Source of the DNA: Leptolyngbyaceae cyanobacterium clean351
GTDB taxonomy: Bacteria; Cyanobacteriota; Cyanobacteriia; DAIDHW01
Reading direction: 5' to 3'
Assembly: GCA_027451865.1 (NCBI GenBank)
Contig: DAIDHW010000003.1
Coordinates: 6,891 to 70,890, forward strand
Length of the DNA stretch: 64,000 nt
The notes under the pieces are model-generated. The model made no database searches. It was not told the DNA's origin and worked only from the letters and a program-made list of their open reading frames with translations. Positions 51,417 through 62,887 of this stretch are shown one piece after another. The stretch's first letter is position 1; every line of letters begins with the position of its first letter. A program made the position numbers and the translations under genes.

Positions 51417-52262
51417 TTAGGACAGAGAAATTAAGGTATCGGACTGAGAGAGGGACAACCGGGGCAGAGCATCAAACCAAACGGACAAGGGAAACAGGGG
51501 TTCGGGATAGCCAACCCGCAGCAGGCACAGACCATGGGCGGGGGCGGCGTACTTTACCTCTGAGCGGCACTCTTGAGCCCACAGGGTGGTAAATTCCTCG
51601 GGGGTGCGCAGACCGCGGCCCACCTGAACTAACAGACCCACTAAGAGGCGCATCATCCCGTACAGAAAGCCACTGGCCTGGACCTCAATGTCTACAAAAC
51701 AGCCCCGGCGCTGGCACACCACCTCCTGAACCTCTACCCAGGAATGGGGCCGGGCTGACCCGGCGCGCCGGAAGGCACTCAGGTGGCGCCGGCCCACTAG
51801 GGGCTGGAGTGCTGAGTACATCAGTTCGGTCTCCAGGGGGACGTAGTAGTGCCAAGCTAAGGGGCCGACAAACAGGTTAGGCACCGGATCGGTGTAGAGG
51901 GTGTACCGATAACGGCGCCACAGGGCCGAGAAGCGGGCATGCCAGGTGGCAGGTACGGCCGCTGAACCCCGCACCAAGATATCACCAGGTAAGTGGTTGT
52001 TGAGCACATCCCCCCAGCGATGGGCCGGAATCGGGCTGACGGCATCAAAGTGCACCACCTGAGCCGCCGCATGGACTCCCGAGTCTGTCCGCCCGGCGGC
52101 GTGAACCGTAACTGGCTGCCCTAGGACCTTTGCCAAGGCCTGCTCTAGCTCCGCCTGCACGGTCCGCTGCCGGGGCTGACGCTGCCAGCCGTGAAAGGCG
52201 GTGCCCAGGTATTGCACAACTAGGGCAATCCGTTGACGGGGGGCTAGGGAAGACATGGACAT
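51417..52262 (-). CDS. truA: tRNA pseudouridine(38-40) synthase
   Basis: It has the TruA motif (GRTDSGVHA). Confidence 0.85.
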   Translation of the reverse strand: MSMSSLAPRQRIALVVQYLGTAFHGWQRQPRQRTVQAELEQALAKVLGQPVTVHAAGRTDSGVHAAAQVVHFDAVSPIPAHRWGDVLNNHLPGDILVRGSAAVPATWHARFSALWRRYRYTLYTDPVPNLFVGPLAWHYYVPLETELMYSALQPLVGRRHLSAFRRAGSARPHSWVEVQEVVCQRRGCFVDIEVQASGFLYGMMRLLVGLLVQVGRGLRTPEEFTTLWAQECRSEVKYAAPAHGLCLLRVGYPEPLFPLSVWFDALPRLSLSQSDTLISLS

Positions 52263-52268
52263 GCGGCC

Positions 52269-52619
52269 TCAGGTTAATTCCAGGATAGCCATGACGGCGT
52301 TATCGCCCCGTCGACTGACCGTGTGGAGGATCCGGGTGTATCCCCCCTTGCGGTCCCCGTAGCGGGGAGCGGCATCTTTAAACAAAGACTGGACTAGGTC
52401 GGGGTCGTAGAGGTAGCCAAGGGCTTGACGGCGGGCCGCTAGGGTCCCTTCCTTGGCCAGGGTAATCATCCGTTCTGCCTCACAGCGGACGGCTTTGGCC
52501 CGGGGTAGGGTAGTGGTAATGCGGCCGTGGCGGATTAGTTCAGTGGTTAAGGCTCGCAGCAGGGCGCGGCGCTGGTCAGCAGGTTTACTTAATTGGGGGA
52601 CGCGACAACGATGACGCAT
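52269..52619 (-). CDS. rplQ: 50S ribosomal protein L17
   Basis: It matches the L17 family. Confidence 0.9.
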   Translation of the reverse strand: MRHRCRVPQLSKPADQRRALLRALTTELIRHGRITTTLPRAKAVRCEAERMITLAKEGTLAARRQALGYLYDPDLVQSLFKDAAPRYGDRKGGYTRILHTVSRRGDNAVMAILELT

Positions 52620-52641
52620 GGGAGGAGGTTAGGTGAGGGGA

Positions 52642-53592
52642 CTAGGGGGCAGGACTGGTGGGGCGCTCCTGGGAGAGGGTAATCCCCAGGTGCTTGTGCA
52701 GAGCCTCCACGACTTCTTCGGCCGACTTAAGGCCAAAGTTCTTGATCTCGAGGAGGTCCTCCTGGGTGTACTCCAGGAGATCGGCAACCGAGTTGATCTG
52801 CGCTCGCTTGAGACAGTTGTAGGCGCGGACAGACAACTGTAACTCTTCAATGGGAATTTGGCTGGTGGGGTCGCTGGTGTAGTCTAGGTCTTCCCGCAGG
52901 GTCTCAAAGGTGACGTTGCGCAGCGGAGTAAACAGATCAACTAGGATATTGGCCGCCTCGCTGAGGGCTTCCTGGGGGGAAAGGCTACCGTTAGTCCATA
53001 TCTCTAAGGTCAGCCGGTCCATCTCCCCTTCTGGGCTGCTGTGGAGACTTTCAACGCTATAGTTAACCTTGCGCACCGGCATGAACACAGCGTCAATTTC
53101 CAAAAAGTCTAGACCCATGGCCTCTTCGCGGGTCCGGTCTATGCTCCGATAGCCCCGACCGGTTTCTACCCGAAACTCCATCTCTAGCACTGCGTTGGGG
53201 CTAAGGGTAGCAATGTAGTGGTCACCATTGACAAGCTCGACTTCCGAGGGCAGGTCAAAGTCAGCGGCGGTGACTGTAGCTGGTCCCTGGACTCGGAGGC
53301 GACCAATTTGGGGTTGGTTGCCGTAGGAACGTAAGACTGTCTCCTTCAGGTTCAGGAGGATATCGAGCACATCCTCTCGGACCCCCGGTACCGTAGAGAA
53401 TTCGTGGTTAACTCCGGCAATCCGTACCGCGGTGATAGCAGACCCCTCGAGGTTGGCCAGTAAAACCCGCCGCAGGGCATTGCCTACGGTCGTACCCTGA
53501 CCCCGCTCAAGGGGTTCGAGCACGAACCTACCGTACTGTCCCTGGTCTTGGTCTGTTTTTGATTCAATGCACTGGACTTGAAATGACGCCAC
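52642..53592 (-). CDS. rpoA: DNA-directed RNA polymerase alpha subunit
   Basis: It has the RpoA N-terminal domain and the alpha C-terminal domain. Confidence 0.9.
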   Translation of the reverse strand: MASFQVQCIESKTDQDQGQYGRFVLEPLERGQGTTVGNALRRVLLANLEGSAITAVRIAGVNHEFSTVPGVREDVLDILLNLKETVLRSYGNQPQIGRLRVQGPATVTAADFDLPSEVELVNGDHYIATLSPNAVLEMEFRVETGRGYRSIDRTREEAMGLDFLEIDAVFMPVRKVNYSVESLHSSPEGEMDRLTLEIWTNGSLSPQEALSEAANILVDLFTPLRNVTFETLREDLDYTSDPTSQIPIEELQLSVRAYNCLKRAQINSVADLLEYTQEDLLEIKNFGLKSAEEVVEALHKHLGITLSQERPTSPAP

Positions 53593-53654
53593 CGACTAAC
53601 CTCCCTGGGCTCAAATGGTCAAGAATCTCCCCTAAATGCTGGCTACCGGGCAGA

Positions 53655-54050
53655 CTAGACCCGCCGGCGCTTGGGAGGCCGACAGCCATTGTGGGGAACT
53701 GGGGTGACATCTCGGATCAGGGTGATTTCTAAACCAGCCCCCTGAAGGGCCCGGATAGCTGTCTCTCGCCCGGATCCGGGGCCACTTACCATCACTTCAA
53801 CCTGTTTCATTCCCTGGTCGATGGCCCGGCGAGCAGCATTCTCCGAGGCAGTCTGGGCGGCGTAGGGAGTGCCCTTCTTTGCCCCCTTGAAACCACTCGA
53901 CCCGGCAGAGGCCCAGGAAATCACCTCGCCAGTCGTATCGGTGATGGTGACAATGGTGTTATTGAAGGTGGACTGGATAAAGGCGGTACCACTAGGAACG
54001 TTGCGCTTTTGTTTGCGGGGTCCGGTTTTACGGACAGGTTGTCGGGCCAT
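53655..54050 (-). CDS. rpsK: 30S ribosomal protein S11
   Basis: It matches the S11 family. Confidence 0.9.
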   Translation of the reverse strand: MARQPVRKTGPRKQKRNVPSGTAFIQSTFNNTIVTITDTTGEVISWASAGSSGFKGAKKGTPYAAQTASENAARRAIDQGMKQVEVMVSGPGSGRETAIRALQGAGLEITLIRDVTPVPHNGCRPPKRRRV

Positions 54051-54083
54051 GGTGTTTGTCTAGGGGTAAAGAACAGGGGGGGA

Positions 54084-54467
54084 CTACTTCTTACTGGGAG
54101 CTTTCTTCTTCCCGGCTACGGTCCGCCGACCACCCCGGCGGGTGCGGGCATTGGTACGGGTCCGCTGACCGCGCACCGGCAGCCCAAGCCGGTGACGGCG
54201 ACCGCGGTAGGTGCCTATATCCATGAGCCGCTTGATGGACATAGCCTCTAATCGCCGTAGGTCCCCCTCTACCTGGTAGTTGCTCTCAATTGCCTGGCGC
54301 AAGAGGGCCACTTCTGGGTCGGTTAGGTCCTTGATGCGGGTGTCGGGATTCACCCCTGTTTCCTGTAGAATCTCCTTGGACCGGGTCAGGCCAATCCCGT
54401 AAATGTAGGTCAGACCAATTTCCACCCGCTTGCTACGGGGTAGGTCCACTCCGGCAATCCGTGCCAC
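54084..54467 (-). CDS. rpsM: 30S ribosomal protein S13
   Basis: It has an [11 protein letters not shown]-terminus. Confidence 0.9.
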   Translation of the reverse strand: MARIAGVDLPRSKRVEIGLTYIYGIGLTRSKEILQETGVNPDTRIKDLTDPEVALLRQAIESNYQVEGDLRRLEAMSIKRLMDIGTYRGRRHRLGLPVRGQRTRTNARTRRGGRRTVAGKKKAPSKK

Positions 54468-54502
54468 GCTTGTTTCTCCCTAAGTTCAATATTGCTTTTC
54501 GT

Positions 54503-54616
54503 TTAGCCTTGGCGTTGCTTATGTTTGGGGTTAGCGCAGATCACTACTACCCGGCCCCGCCGTCGCACCAAGCGACACTTTTCGCAGATTTTTCGCACTG
54601 AAGCTCGGACTTTCAT
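54503..54616 (-). CDS. rpmJ: 50S ribosomal protein L36 (below ORF-track size cutoff)
   Basis: The minus strand translates by hand to [37 protein letters not shown]. It lies between infA and rpsM, as expected. Confidence 0.85.
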   Translation of the reverse strand: MKVRASVRKICEKCRLVRRRGRVVVICANPKHKQRQG

Positions 54617-54676
54617 GGGGCCTACTTAATTCACTACAAACCTGATATTATACCAAAGTACAAAGAGTAAATCAAA

Positions 54677-54910
54677 TCACTTACCGCTTTTGTTACGCAG
54701 CCGATAGGTGATTCGCCCCTTGGACAGGTCGTAGGGGGTCAGCTCCACCTTTACCCGGTCACCCGGGAGGATCTTGATGTAATTGCGACGGATCTTGCCA
54801 GAAATGTGGGCCAGGACGTTGAACCCGTTGTCAAGATCAACGCGAAACATGGCATTAGGCAGGGACTCAGTAACCGTCCCTTCCATTTCTATCAGGTCTT
54901 GTTTGGACAA
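54677..54910 (-). CDS. infA: translation initiation factor IF-1
   Basis: It has the S1-like fold sequence of IF-1. Confidence 0.9.
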   Translation of the reverse strand: MSKQDLIEMEGTVTESLPNAMFRVDLDNGFNVLAHISGKIRRNYIKILPGDRVKVELTPYDLSKGRITYRLRNKSGK

Positions 54911-54919
54911 AGATACTCC

Positions 54920-55501
54920 TTAGGGGGTAGAGGGGACGCTCAGGCCGGCGGCACTCAGGGCCGTAAGCAGAGACTGGGTGACTAGGTCGAGCTCTTGGTC
55001 ACCATTTACTTCCAGCAGATGGTGCCGCTGCTGATAGAAGTCGATCAACGGCGCGGTTTGGTCACGATAAACCTGCAATCGATGGCGAATTACTGGTTCA
55101 GTGTCATCACGCCGACCCCGACTGAGCAGCCGCCCCACCAAGGTTTCATCCCCTACTTCTAGGTTTAAGGCCCGGTCGTAGGGCTGACCAAGCAGGGACA
55201 ACAGGGTATCCAGGTAGACCGCCTGGGGCAGGGTACGGGGGTAGCCATCTAGAAGCCAGCCGGACTGGGTGTCGGGCTGCCGCAGTCGCTCTTCAATCAT
55301 GGCTTCTAGGAGTTGGTCTGGCACCAAAGCACCCCGGTCCATGTAATCCTGGGCCTGGACGCCAAGGGCAGTTTTTTGCGCGACAGCGTGGCGGAGAATA
55401 TCCCCCGTGGAAATGTGGGGAATCCCCAGGCGAGCGGCAACAATTTGGGCTTGGGTGCCCTTGCCCGCCCCGGGGGGACCAAGAAAAATTAGCCGAGCCA
55501 C
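54920..55501 (-). CDS. adk: adenylate kinase
   Basis: It has a P-loop (GPPGAGKGTQ). Confidence 0.9.
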   Translation of the reverse strand: MARLIFLGPPGAGKGTQAQIVAARLGIPHISTGDILRHAVAQKTALGVQAQDYMDRGALVPDQLLEAMIEERLRQPDTQSGWLLDGYPRTLPQAVYLDTLLSLLGQPYDRALNLEVGDETLVGRLLSRGRRDDTEPVIRHRLQVYRDQTAPLIDFYQQRHHLLEVNGDQELDLVTQSLLTALSAAGLSVPSTP

Positions 55502-56820
55502 TATTGTTTCACCATGCCTTCGTAGCGCTGGGATATGACGTAGGTCTGAATCTGGCGGGCGGTATCGATGGCCACCCCCACCAGGATCAGCAGGGAAGTA
55601 GCCCCAATCCCCTGGAAGGTGCGTATCTGGGTGGCACTCTCTACCGCCGTGGGAATGACCGCCACTAGTCCTAGGAACACTGCCCCGAGGAGAGTAAGGC
55701 GGTTGATCACCTTCTCGACGTACTCACTAGTAGCCCGGCCCGGCCGGATGCCGGGAATACTAGAGCCCATCTTTTTCAGGTTCTGCGCTAGATCCACTGG
55801 GTTAACGATCAAGGTGGCGTAGAAGTAGCTGAAAAACAGGATCAAGAACAAGTAGAAGCACACGTAGACCGCTGGGGCCGGGCCATCAGGGCTGAGGTAC
55901 TGGGCAATCTGGATGAGAAAAGGGTTATTGGTAAACTGAGCCATGGAGGCGGGCAGGACTAAAACCGCCGAGGCAAAAATGATTGGCATAACCCCTCCCT
56001 GGTTCAGGCGCAGGGGCAGGTAATTGCTCTTCTCCAGGTAGACCCGGCGGCCCACCTGCCGGCGAGCGGTGACAATGGGGATCCGCCGAGTCCCTTCCTG
56101 GACAAACACAATCCCCACGATCATGGCCAGAAATACCACCAGCAGCAGGATTACTCCCCCCACAAAAGTGCGACTGTCGGAGGACTGGGCTTGCTGAATG
56201 GTTTGGCCTAGGGACTGGGGCAGACGAGAAACCACGTTCACAAAGATCAGCAGCGAGGCCCCGTTCCCTAGGCCCCGCTCGGTGATCAGCTCGGAAATCC
56301 ACATGACAAACATGGACCCGGCGGTAATAGCGATCACGGTTTCGAGGATGAAGGGAATACTCGCCGGCTGAGGGATGGCGTAGGGGCGGATCCAGAACAA
56401 AGTTATAAAAGTCCCCTGGATGACTGACCAACCGAGGGCCACGTAGCGAGTGATCTGGGCAATCTTACGTCGGCCAGCCTCCCCTTCATTTTTCTGGAGG
56501 TTTTCCAGGGCCGGGATGGCACTGGTGAGTAACTGCAGAATAATCGAGGCGTTGATATAGGGTAAAATCCCCAGGGCGAACACTCCCAAGTACAGCAGCC
56601 CTCCCCCGGAGAAGATATCCAAGAAGCCGATCACGGGGCTGTTTTGGAAGTCTTGCGCAAAGCGAGCCCGGTCAATGTTGGGGATAGGGATAAAAATTCC
56701 CATCCGCACGAGAATCAGCATGCCCACCGTCAGCAGCAGTCGGCCGCGCAGGCCAGCCGCTTGGGCCATCTGGGCGAAGGTTTCTTGGGCGGTGGGGGTC
56801 TTACTGCGACTGTCGACCAT
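55501..56820 (-). CDS. secY: preprotein translocase subunit SecY
   Basis: It has ten TM helices and matches the SecY family. Confidence 0.9.
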   Translation of the reverse strand: MVDSRSKTPTAQETFAQMAQAAGLRGRLLLTVGMLILVRMGIFIPIPNIDRARFAQDFQNSPVIGFLDIFSGGGLLYLGVFALGILPYINASIILQLLTSAIPALENLQKNEGEAGRRKIAQITRYVALGWSVIQGTFITLFWIRPYAIPQPASIPFILETVIAITAGSMFVMWISELITERGLGNGASLLIFVNVVSRLPQSLGQTIQQAQSSDSRTFVGGVILLLVVFLAMIVGIVFVQEGTRRIPIVTARRQVGRRVYLEKSNYLPLRLNQGGVMPIIFASAVLVLPASMAQFTNNPFLIQIAQYLSPDGPAPAVYVCFYLFLILFFSYFYATLIVNPVDLAQNLKKMGSSIPGIRPGRATSEYVEKVINRLTLLGAVFLGLVAVIPTAVESATQIRTFQGIGATSLLILVGVAIDTARQIQTYVISQRYEGMVKQ

Positions 56821-56829
56821 GGGGGTTCC

Positions 56830-57285
56830 TCAGCTCTTGGGGTTAATATCCTCGCACTGGCCACCAGCCCCAGTAATTTTGGCGCGGGCGGAGGCGGTAA
56901 AAGCTGCAGCTTTGACTCGCAAAGACACGGTCAAATCCCCATCCCCGAGGACCTTCAGGGGACCCCGAGTACCAGTGATCACTCGGTCGGCCACTAGTTG
57001 CTCTAGGGTGACCTCAGTGCCTGGGGCCAGGTTAGCCAGTTGCCGGACGTTAATGGTAGTGTAACTCTGGCGATTGACTAAGGGGAAGTGTTTTAGTTTG
57101 GGCAGCCGGCGGTAGAGGGGATTTTGTCCCCCTTCAAAGCCAGGCCGGGGGCCGCTGCCAGCCCGGGCCTTTTGGCCCCGCATACCCAGGCCACCGCTAG
57201 CCCCTTGACCGGCGGAGATCCCCCGGCCCAGACGGCGGCGGCGATGTTTGGAACCCGCTTGGGGTCTAGCATCCTTCAGTCGCAT
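56830..57285 (-). CDS. rplO: 50S ribosomal protein L15
   Basis: It matches the L15 family. Confidence 0.9.
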   Translation of the reverse strand: MRLKDARPQAGSKHRRRRLGRGISAGQGASGGLGMRGQKARAGSGPRPGFEGGQNPLYRRLPKLKHFPLVNRQSYTTINVRQLANLAPGTEVTLEQLVADRVITGTRGPLKVLGDGDLTVSLRVKAAAFTASARAKITGAGGQCEDINPKS

Positions 57286-57293
57286 GGTGGTAC

Positions 57294-57815
57294 TCAGATG
57301 TATAGGTTTTCAACCGGGATGCCCCGTTCAGCGGCCACATCCACGAAGGTGCGCAGAGAGGCTAGGGCGGTGACAGCCGCTCGGGCGTTATTGAGGGGAT
57401 TACCGGAACCTAGCTGTTTGGCGAGGATGTTGCGCACCCCAGCTAGCTCAAGGACAGTGCGGACCGCCCCCCCTGCAATTACCCCCGTACCGGGAGCGGC
57501 AGGCCGCATCATAACGGCTGCTCCGCCGCCCCGCCCCTGAACTGGATGGGGGATCGAGTTGGCGCGGGTGAGGGGAATATCAATCAGGTGCTTGCGACCA
57601 TCGGCGACCCCCTTTTGGACCGCGCCGATCACGTCGTTGGCCTTGCCAACCCCAACCCCCACTTGGCCCCGTTCGTTGCCGACCACGACAATGGCCCGGA
57701 AGCTCAGCTTCTTACCCCCCTTCACCACCTTGGTGACCCGGCGGATTTGGACTACCCGCTCTTGCCAGTCAGACTCTTTTTCCTTAGTGCGGTTACTCTT
57801 ACGTGCTTTGGCCAT
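57294..57815 (-). CDS. rpsE: 30S ribosomal protein S5
   Basis: It matches the S5 family. Confidence 0.9.
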   Translation of the reverse strand: MAKARKSNRTKEKESDWQERVVQIRRVTKVVKGGKKLSFRAIVVVGNERGQVGVGVGKANDVIGAVQKGVADGRKHLIDIPLTRANSIPHPVQGRGGGAAVMMRPAAPGTGVIAGGAVRTVLELAGVRNILAKQLGSGNPLNNARAAVTALASLRTFVDVAAERGIPVENLYI

Positions 57816-57845
57816 AGATTTAGCTCCAGATAGGGAAAAAAAAAC

Positions 57846-58202
57846 CTAAAACTCCAGGCCGGCGGCCCGAGCAGCTTCTGCCAGGGCTTTGATGCGGCCA
57901 TGGTAGAGGTTGCCGCCCCGGTCAAAGACTACCCGGCTAATTCCCTGGGCCAAAGCCCGCTCAGCCACCAACTTCCCCACTTGGCTAGAGGCGTCACAGG
58001 TAGAGCCGCCCTGGACCCGTAGCTCCTTGTCGAGGCTGGAGGCAGCCACTAGGGTGTGTTGTTGGGTATCGTCGATCACCTGGGCATAGATGTGGGCATG
58101 GGAGCGGAACACCGCTAGACGCGGCCGCTCCGGCGTACCAGACACCCGCAGGCGGATCCGCTGATGGCGCCGTTGAATCGATTCCTGTCGCGTTAGTTTC
58201 AC
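57846..58202 (-). CDS. rplR: 50S ribosomal protein L18
   Basis: It matches the L18 family. Confidence 0.9.
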   Translation of the reverse strand: MKLTRQESIQRRHQRIRLRVSGTPERPRLAVFRSHAHIYAQVIDDTQQHTLVAASSLDKELRVQGGSTCDASSQVGKLVAERALAQGISRVVFDRGGNLYHGRIKALAEAARAAGLEF

Positions 58203-58759
58203 TTCTTACCTCCCTTGCCACCCTTACCACCGGCCTTACCCACCTTGCGGCGGACCACTTCCCCTTGGTAACGAATGCCTTTGCCTTTATACACTTCCGG
58301 AGGACGCACCGCCCGGATCTGGGCCGCTACGTTTCCGACTACTTCTTTATCAATGCCTGAAACAATCACGTTTGTGTTACCTTCGACCTTAAGTTCAATC
58401 CCCTGGGGAGGATCGATCGGTACAGGAATGCTATAACCCACGTTGAGAATCAGCTTGCGGCCCTGGACCTGGGCCCGGTAGCCGACCCCCTGAATCTCCA
58501 AGCGGCGCTGAAAGCCCTGGGAGACTCCCTCCACCATGTTGGCCACCAGGGTCCGGCACAGACCATGGCGTTGACGGGCTGCCCGGGATTCATCCCGACG
58601 GGTTACATTCAAGACCGACTCGTGCTGCTCTACGAGTACCTCCGGGGGGAGGACCCGCTGCAGTTCCCCGTGGGGCCCCTTGACCTTGACCTCCTGGCCA
58701 GCGATGGCTACGGTCACCCGGGGGGGGATGGGGATGGGACGCTTTCCAATCCGAGACAT
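58199..58759 (-). CDS. rplF: 50S ribosomal protein L6
   Basis: It matches the L6 family. Confidence 0.9.
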   Translation of the reverse strand: MSRIGKRPIPIPPRVTVAIAGQEVKVKGPHGELQRVLPPEVLVEQHESVLNVTRRDESRAARQRHGLCRTLVANMVEGVSQGFQRRLEIQGVGYRAQVQGRKLILNVGYSIPVPIDPPQGIELKVEGNTNVIVSGIDKEVVGNVAAQIRAVRPPEVYKGKGIRYQGEVVRRKVGKAGGKGGKGGKK

Positions 58760-58796
58760 AGTGTTGCCTTCCTAGATGCTGAAGATGGGGCGGGGG

Positions 58797-59198
58797 TTAC
58801 CAGATGAAGCAGAGGACTTCCCCGCCTAGGCCCTGCTTGCGGGCTTCCCGGTCCGTCATTATCCCCCCGGAGGTGGAAATAATGGCAATCCCAATCCCCC
58901 CGAGGACCCGCGGGAGGTCCTTGTGGTTGGAGTACACTCGCAGGCCAGGCCGGCTGACCCGCTTTAGACTTTGGATCAAGGGCCGTCGTTGCTTGCCAGT
59001 GTACTTGAGAGCTACTACTATCCGGCGCTTAACTCCTTCACCGGTCTCAGTCACCTCACCGATAAAGCCTTCCCGCTGCAGGACTTGGGCAATGCTGCGG
59101 GTCATGCGGGTGGAGGGGATCTCCGTGGTCTGCTGCCGCGCCATGGCCGCATTGCGGATGCGGGTGAGCATATCTGCTATCGTGTCGTTCGCCGCCAT
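58797..59198 (-). CDS. rpsH: 30S ribosomal protein S8
   Basis: It matches the S8 family. The start is at the internal [17 protein letters not shown] methionine. Confidence 0.85.
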   Translation of the reverse strand: MAANDTIADMLTRIRNAAMARQQTTEIPSTRMTRSIAQVLQREGFIGEVTETGEGVKRRIVVALKYTGKQRRPLIQSLKRVSRPGLRVYSNHKDLPRVLGGIGIAIISTSGGIMTDREARKQGLGGEVLCFIW

Positions 59199-59221
59199 TG
59201 TTTCCTCTTTACGCAACTGCC

Positions 59222-59767
59222 TCAGTTTTCCCGGAAGGGCATGCCCATTTCTTTGAGCAGGGCTCGGCCTTCCTCATCCGTCAGGGCGGTGGTGATGATG
59301 GAAATGTCCATCCCCCGTACCTTATCGATGGTGTCGTACTCAATTTCTGGGAAGATAATCTGTTCTCTGACCCCTAGGGTGTAATTACCCCGACCGTCAA
59401 AGCTTTTGGGGCTGACACCGCGAAAGTCCCGGATTCGGGGCAGGGCCAGACTAATCAGGCGGTCAAGAAAGTTATACATGCCGTAGGAGCGTAGGGTAAC
59501 CATCATGCCGACAGGCATGCCCTCGCGGATCTTAAAGCTAGCGATCGCCTTCTTGGCCCTGGTAACTACGGGCTTCTGACCGGTAATCAAGGACAGTTCG
59601 TTGAGGGATGCTTCGAGGGCCTTAGCATTTTGAGCAGCCTCTCCTAACCCCCGGTTCACGGTCACCTTGACCAGCTTGGGCACCTGGTGGATGTTAGTGT
59701 ATTTGAACTGATCCATCAGGCGGGGGATAATTTTTTCTTGGTAGAGGTTTTTGAGTCGGTTTGTCAT
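59222..59767 (-). CDS. rplE: 50S ribosomal protein L5
   Basis: It matches the L5 family. Confidence 0.9.
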   Translation of the reverse strand: MTNRLKNLYQEKIIPRLMDQFKYTNIHQVPKLVKVTVNRGLGEAAQNAKALEASLNELSLITGQKPVVTRAKKAIASFKIREGMPVGMMVTLRSYGMYNFLDRLISLALPRIRDFRGVSPKSFDGRGNYTLGVREQIIFPEIEYDTIDKVRGMDISIITTALTDEEGRALLKEMGMPFREN

Positions 59768-59819
59768 GGCAGTGGGCGGTTGGAGTCCCCTGGTCTGGGT
59801 CAGGGCGTGGGTAGGTTAG

Positions 59820-60158
59820 CTAATCGATTATCTCGCCGGTCTTTTTGAGGATACGGACCTTACGGCCTTGGTCGTTGATGGTGTAACCCACCCGGCTGGC
59901 GACCTTTTGCTTGGTAGAGTAGAGCATGACGTTGGAGCTGTGTACCGGGGCTTCAAAGGTGACAATCCGGCCAGACTCCCCCTCCTGTTGGGGCTTGACG
60001 TGCTTGGTGCGTACATTAACCCCCTTAACCACTACCTGGCTATCCTGGGGGATTACCCGCAGCACTTCCCCGACTTTCCCCTTATCAGTACCGGTGATCA
60101 CCTGTACGGTATCACCTTTTTTTACATGCACTGGGCGGGGCCGTTTAACAATCGCCAT
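59820..60158 (-). CDS. rplX: 50S ribosomal protein L24
   Basis: It has a KOW motif. Confidence 0.9.
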   Translation of the reverse strand: MAIVKRPRPVHVKKGDTVQVITGTDKGKVGEVLRVIPQDSQVVVKGVNVRTKHVKPQQEGESGRIVTFEAPVHSSNVMLYSTKQKVASRVGYTINDQGRKVRILKKTGEIID

Positions 60159-60527
60159 CTAGAGCACCTCCGGGGCCAAGGAAACAATCTTCGTGAAGTT
60201 GCGGTCCCGCAGTTCCCGAGCCACTGGGCCGAATACCCGTGTCCCTCGGGGATTACCGTCGGCATTGATGATCACGGCAGCATTATCGCTAAAGCGGATA
60301 CTCATACCACTGTCCCGGCGCAGGGTCTTGCGGGTGCGTACGATCACGGCCCGCACTACATCAGAACGTTTGACCGCCATATTGGGAATGGCGTCCTTGA
60401 CCACCGCGATGATCACATCCCCGACCCCACCGTAGCGGCGGTTGCCTCCCCCGAGGACTCGGATGCACATCAGCTTGCGGGCACCGCTGTTGTCGGCGAC
60501 GTTTAGGTAGGTCTGCTGCTGGATCAT
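60159..60527 (-). CDS. rplN: 50S ribosomal protein L14
   Basis: It matches the L14 family. Confidence 0.9.
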   Translation of the reverse strand: MIQQQTYLNVADNSGARKLMCIRVLGGGNRRYGGVGDVIIAVVKDAIPNMAVKRSDVVRAVIVRTRKTLRRDSGMSIRFSDNAAVIINADGNPRGTRVFGPVARELRDRNFTKIVSLAPEVL

Positions 60528-60784
60528 GACTGACCTCCAGGGGTATGGACGTCAAGGACAGCCACCACTTCCCAGCGCTTGGTGCGGCTGAGGGGGCGGG
60601 TCTCCCGGATCCGGACCCGGTCGCCGGTTTTACAGGCGTTGGTTTCGTCGTGGGCCTTATAGCGGTTGGTGCGGACCATGATCTTGTCGTACTTGGGGTG
60701 GGGGGCACGGTTCTCCACTGCCACCACCACGGTTTTGTTCATCTTGTCACTGACCACGAGGCCAATGCGTTCCTTTATGGCCAT
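60524..60784 (-). CDS. rpsQ: 30S ribosomal protein S17
   Basis: It matches the S17 family. Confidence 0.9.
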   Translation of the reverse strand: MAIKERIGLVVSDKMNKTVVVAVENRAPHPKYDKIMVRTNRYKAHDETNACKTGDRVRIRETRPLSRTKRWEVVAVLDVHTPGGQS

Positions 60785-60788
60785 GGAT

Positions 60789-61013
60789 CTACTCCTGGGT
60801 TAGGGGGGGGGTAAGCTGCCGCTCCCGCAGGACAGTCAGCAACTGGGCTAGGCGGTGCCGGGCGTGGCGAAACTGGTGGGATTTTTCTAGGCGCCGGGTA
60901 GCCTTCTCCATACGCAGCTGGAACAACTCACGCTTGACCGCTTGAATTTGGCTGGTGAGCTCTTCATCGCTGAGGTTACGGGCCTCACTGATCTGGGGTA
61001 GAGCCATGGTCAC
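60789..61013 (-). CDS. rpmC: 50S ribosomal protein L29
   Basis: It matches the L29 family. Confidence 0.85.
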   Translation of the reverse strand: MTMALPQISEARNLSDEELTSQIQAVKRELFQLRMEKATRRLEKSHQFRHARHRLAQLLTVLRERQLTPPLTQE

Positions 61014-61447
61014 TCCTGCTCCTGGGGGGTGGGCAACTCGGGGGTAGCGGCGACAAACCGGGTTTTGATCGGCAACTTAAAGGAAGCCAACCGCATAGCC
61101 TCCCGGGCGATTTCTTCGCTAACACCACTGATCTCGAACAGGATCCGGCCTGGCTTGACTACGGCTACCCAGTACTCAGGGGAACCCTTACCAGAACCCA
61201 TCCGGGTTTCGGCTGGTCTCATGGTCACCGGTTTGTCGGGGAAAATCCGGATCCAGATTTTTCCCCCCCGGCGGATGTAGCGGGTCATGGCACGGCGGCT
61301 AGCCTCAATTTGGCGAGCAGTGATCCAGGAGGGTTCGAGGGCCTGCAGGCCAAAATCTCCCTCGTTGAGGACGTTGCCCCGGGTGGCCATGCCGGTCATG
61401 CGGCCCCGCTGTTGCTTGCGAAATTTAGTGCGCTTGGGACTGAGCAT
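61010..61447 (-). CDS. rplP: 50S ribosomal protein L16
   Basis: It matches the L16 family. Confidence 0.9.
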   Translation of the reverse strand: MLSPKRTKFRKQQRGRMTGMATRGNVLNEGDFGLQALEPSWITARQIEASRRAMTRYIRRGGKIWIRIFPDKPVTMRPAETRMGSGKGSPEYWVAVVKPGRILFEISGVSEEIAREAMRLASFKLPIKTRFVAATPELPTPQEQE

Positions 61448-61456
61448 AGAACAGAC

Positions 61457-62182
61457 CTACTCTTCTTTGGAACGGTCTTCAAACTGTTGCCGCCGCCGTT
61501 GCTGCCGCCGGGGGGGGGTGGCGTTAGCGGCGGGAATCTCCTCCTGACCGGGGATAATTTCCCCCTTGAATACCCATACCTTGACCCCGAGGATGCCATA
61601 GATAGTCTGGGCGGTCTTGCAGGCGTAGTCGATGTCCGCCCGCAGGGTGTGCAGGGGTACCCGACCATCCCGAGTCCACTCGGTGCGGGCAATTTCCGCT
61701 CCGTTGAGGCGGCCACCTACTTGGATCTTGATTCCCTGCACACCTGCCCGCTGAGCTCGCTGAATGGTCTGGCGGACCACCCGTCGGAAGGAGACCCGCC
61801 GCTCGAGCTGCTGGGCAATGTTCTCAGCAATCAGGGGGGCATCGGCGTCCACCCGCTCTACTTCCTTGACGTTGACTCGAATTTGCCGATTACCCCCAAG
61901 GACCTTTTGAATCCCCTCTCGGAGAGCCTCAATGCCTGCTCCCCCTCGACCTACCACTACCCCAGGCCGGGCAGTGTAGACCTCAAGGTCAATCTGGTCA
62001 GCTTTGCGCTCGATGCGCACCTGGGAAATGCCAGCATTACTGAGGGTTTTCTGCACAAAGGCACGGATCTTACGGTCTTCTTGGAGCAGGATTGGATAGC
62101 GCTTGGTATCAGCAAACCAGCGGGAGCGGTGCTCTTGGGTGATGCCTAAGCGAAAGCCAACTGGATGGATTTTCTGTCCCAC
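61457..62182 (-). CDS. rpsC: 30S ribosomal protein S3
   Basis: It has a KH domain followed by the S3 C-terminal domain. Confidence 0.9.
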   Translation of the reverse strand: MGQKIHPVGFRLGITQEHRSRWFADTKRYPILLQEDRKIRAFVQKTLSNAGISQVRIERKADQIDLEVYTARPGVVVGRGGAGIEALREGIQKVLGGNRQIRVNVKEVERVDADAPLIAENIAQQLERRVSFRRVVRQTIQRAQRAGVQGIKIQVGGRLNGAEIARTEWTRDGRVPLHTLRADIDYACKTAQTIYGILGVKVWVFKGEIIPGQEEIPAANATPPRRQQRRRQQFEDRSKEE

Positions 62183-62208
62183 GGGGGTTTCCTTAGTGTT
62201 GCGTAGGG

Positions 62209-62559
62209 TTAGGCGGCGGGACCGACTACCACGGTAATGTGGCAGGTCGGCTTACGGATTTGGTAGGCGCGTCCCTGGGCCCGGGGTCGGAATCGCTTCA
62301 GGGTCGGTCCCTGGTCAGCGAAGGCGGCCCGCACCACCAGACTGGCCGGGTCCAAGCCCTGGTTGTGCTTAGCATTGGCGACGGCGGAGCGCAGGACCTT
62401 CAGTACCGGCTCACAGGCGCGGTAGGGCATAAACTCAAGGACGATCAGGGCGTCGCGGTAGGTACGCCCCCGAATCTGGTCGAGGACTCGCCGGACCTTG
62501 ATTGGGGAAGTGCGGATAAAGCGGGCGACAGCTTTTGCCTCGGAGGCTTCAGAAGCCAT
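62209..62559 (-). CDS. rplV: 50S ribosomal protein L22
   Basis: It matches the L22 family. Confidence 0.9.
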   Translation of the reverse strand: MASEASEAKAVARFIRTSPIKVRRVLDQIRGRTYRDALIVLEFMPYRACEPVLKVLRSAVANAKHNQGLDPASLVVRAAFADQGPTLKRFRPRAQGRAYQIRKPTCHITVVVGPAA

Positions 62560-62561
62560 GG

Positions 62562-62840
62562 TTAACGACCTCCTTTCTTGTCACTCTTGGCGTGGCCACG
62601 GAAGGTACGGGTAGGGGCAAATTCCCCTAATTTATGGCCGACCATCTGCTCAGTGATATATACGGGCACGTGTTGGCGGCCGTTGTGGACGGCGATGGTA
62701 TGACCAATCATCTGGGGCAGAATCGTCGACGCCCGCGACCAGGTTTTGATCATCTGTTTTTCCCCCCGAGCATTGAGGGCTTCCACCTTCCGCAGTAGGT
62801 GGTCGGCCACAAAGGGGCCCTTTTTTAAGGAACGGGACAT
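62562..62840 (-). CDS. rpsS: 30S ribosomal protein S19
   Basis: It matches the S19 family. Confidence 0.9.
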   Translation of the reverse strand: MSRSLKKGPFVADHLLRKVEALNARGEKQMIKTWSRASTILPQMIGHTIAVHNGRQHVPVYITEQMVGHKLGEFAPTRTFRGHAKSDKKGGR

Positions 62841-62887
62841 GGTGGCAATCTCCTAGAAGTGCTCAACTGACCTGAATTGTGGTGACC

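Noticed and set aside
61310-62149. 279-aa ORF antisense to rpsC, and the similar ORFs 59868..60506 and 58971..59384 antisense to ribosomal genes
   Set aside because: They lie opposite highly conserved ribosomal protein genes and their translations have no recognisable family.
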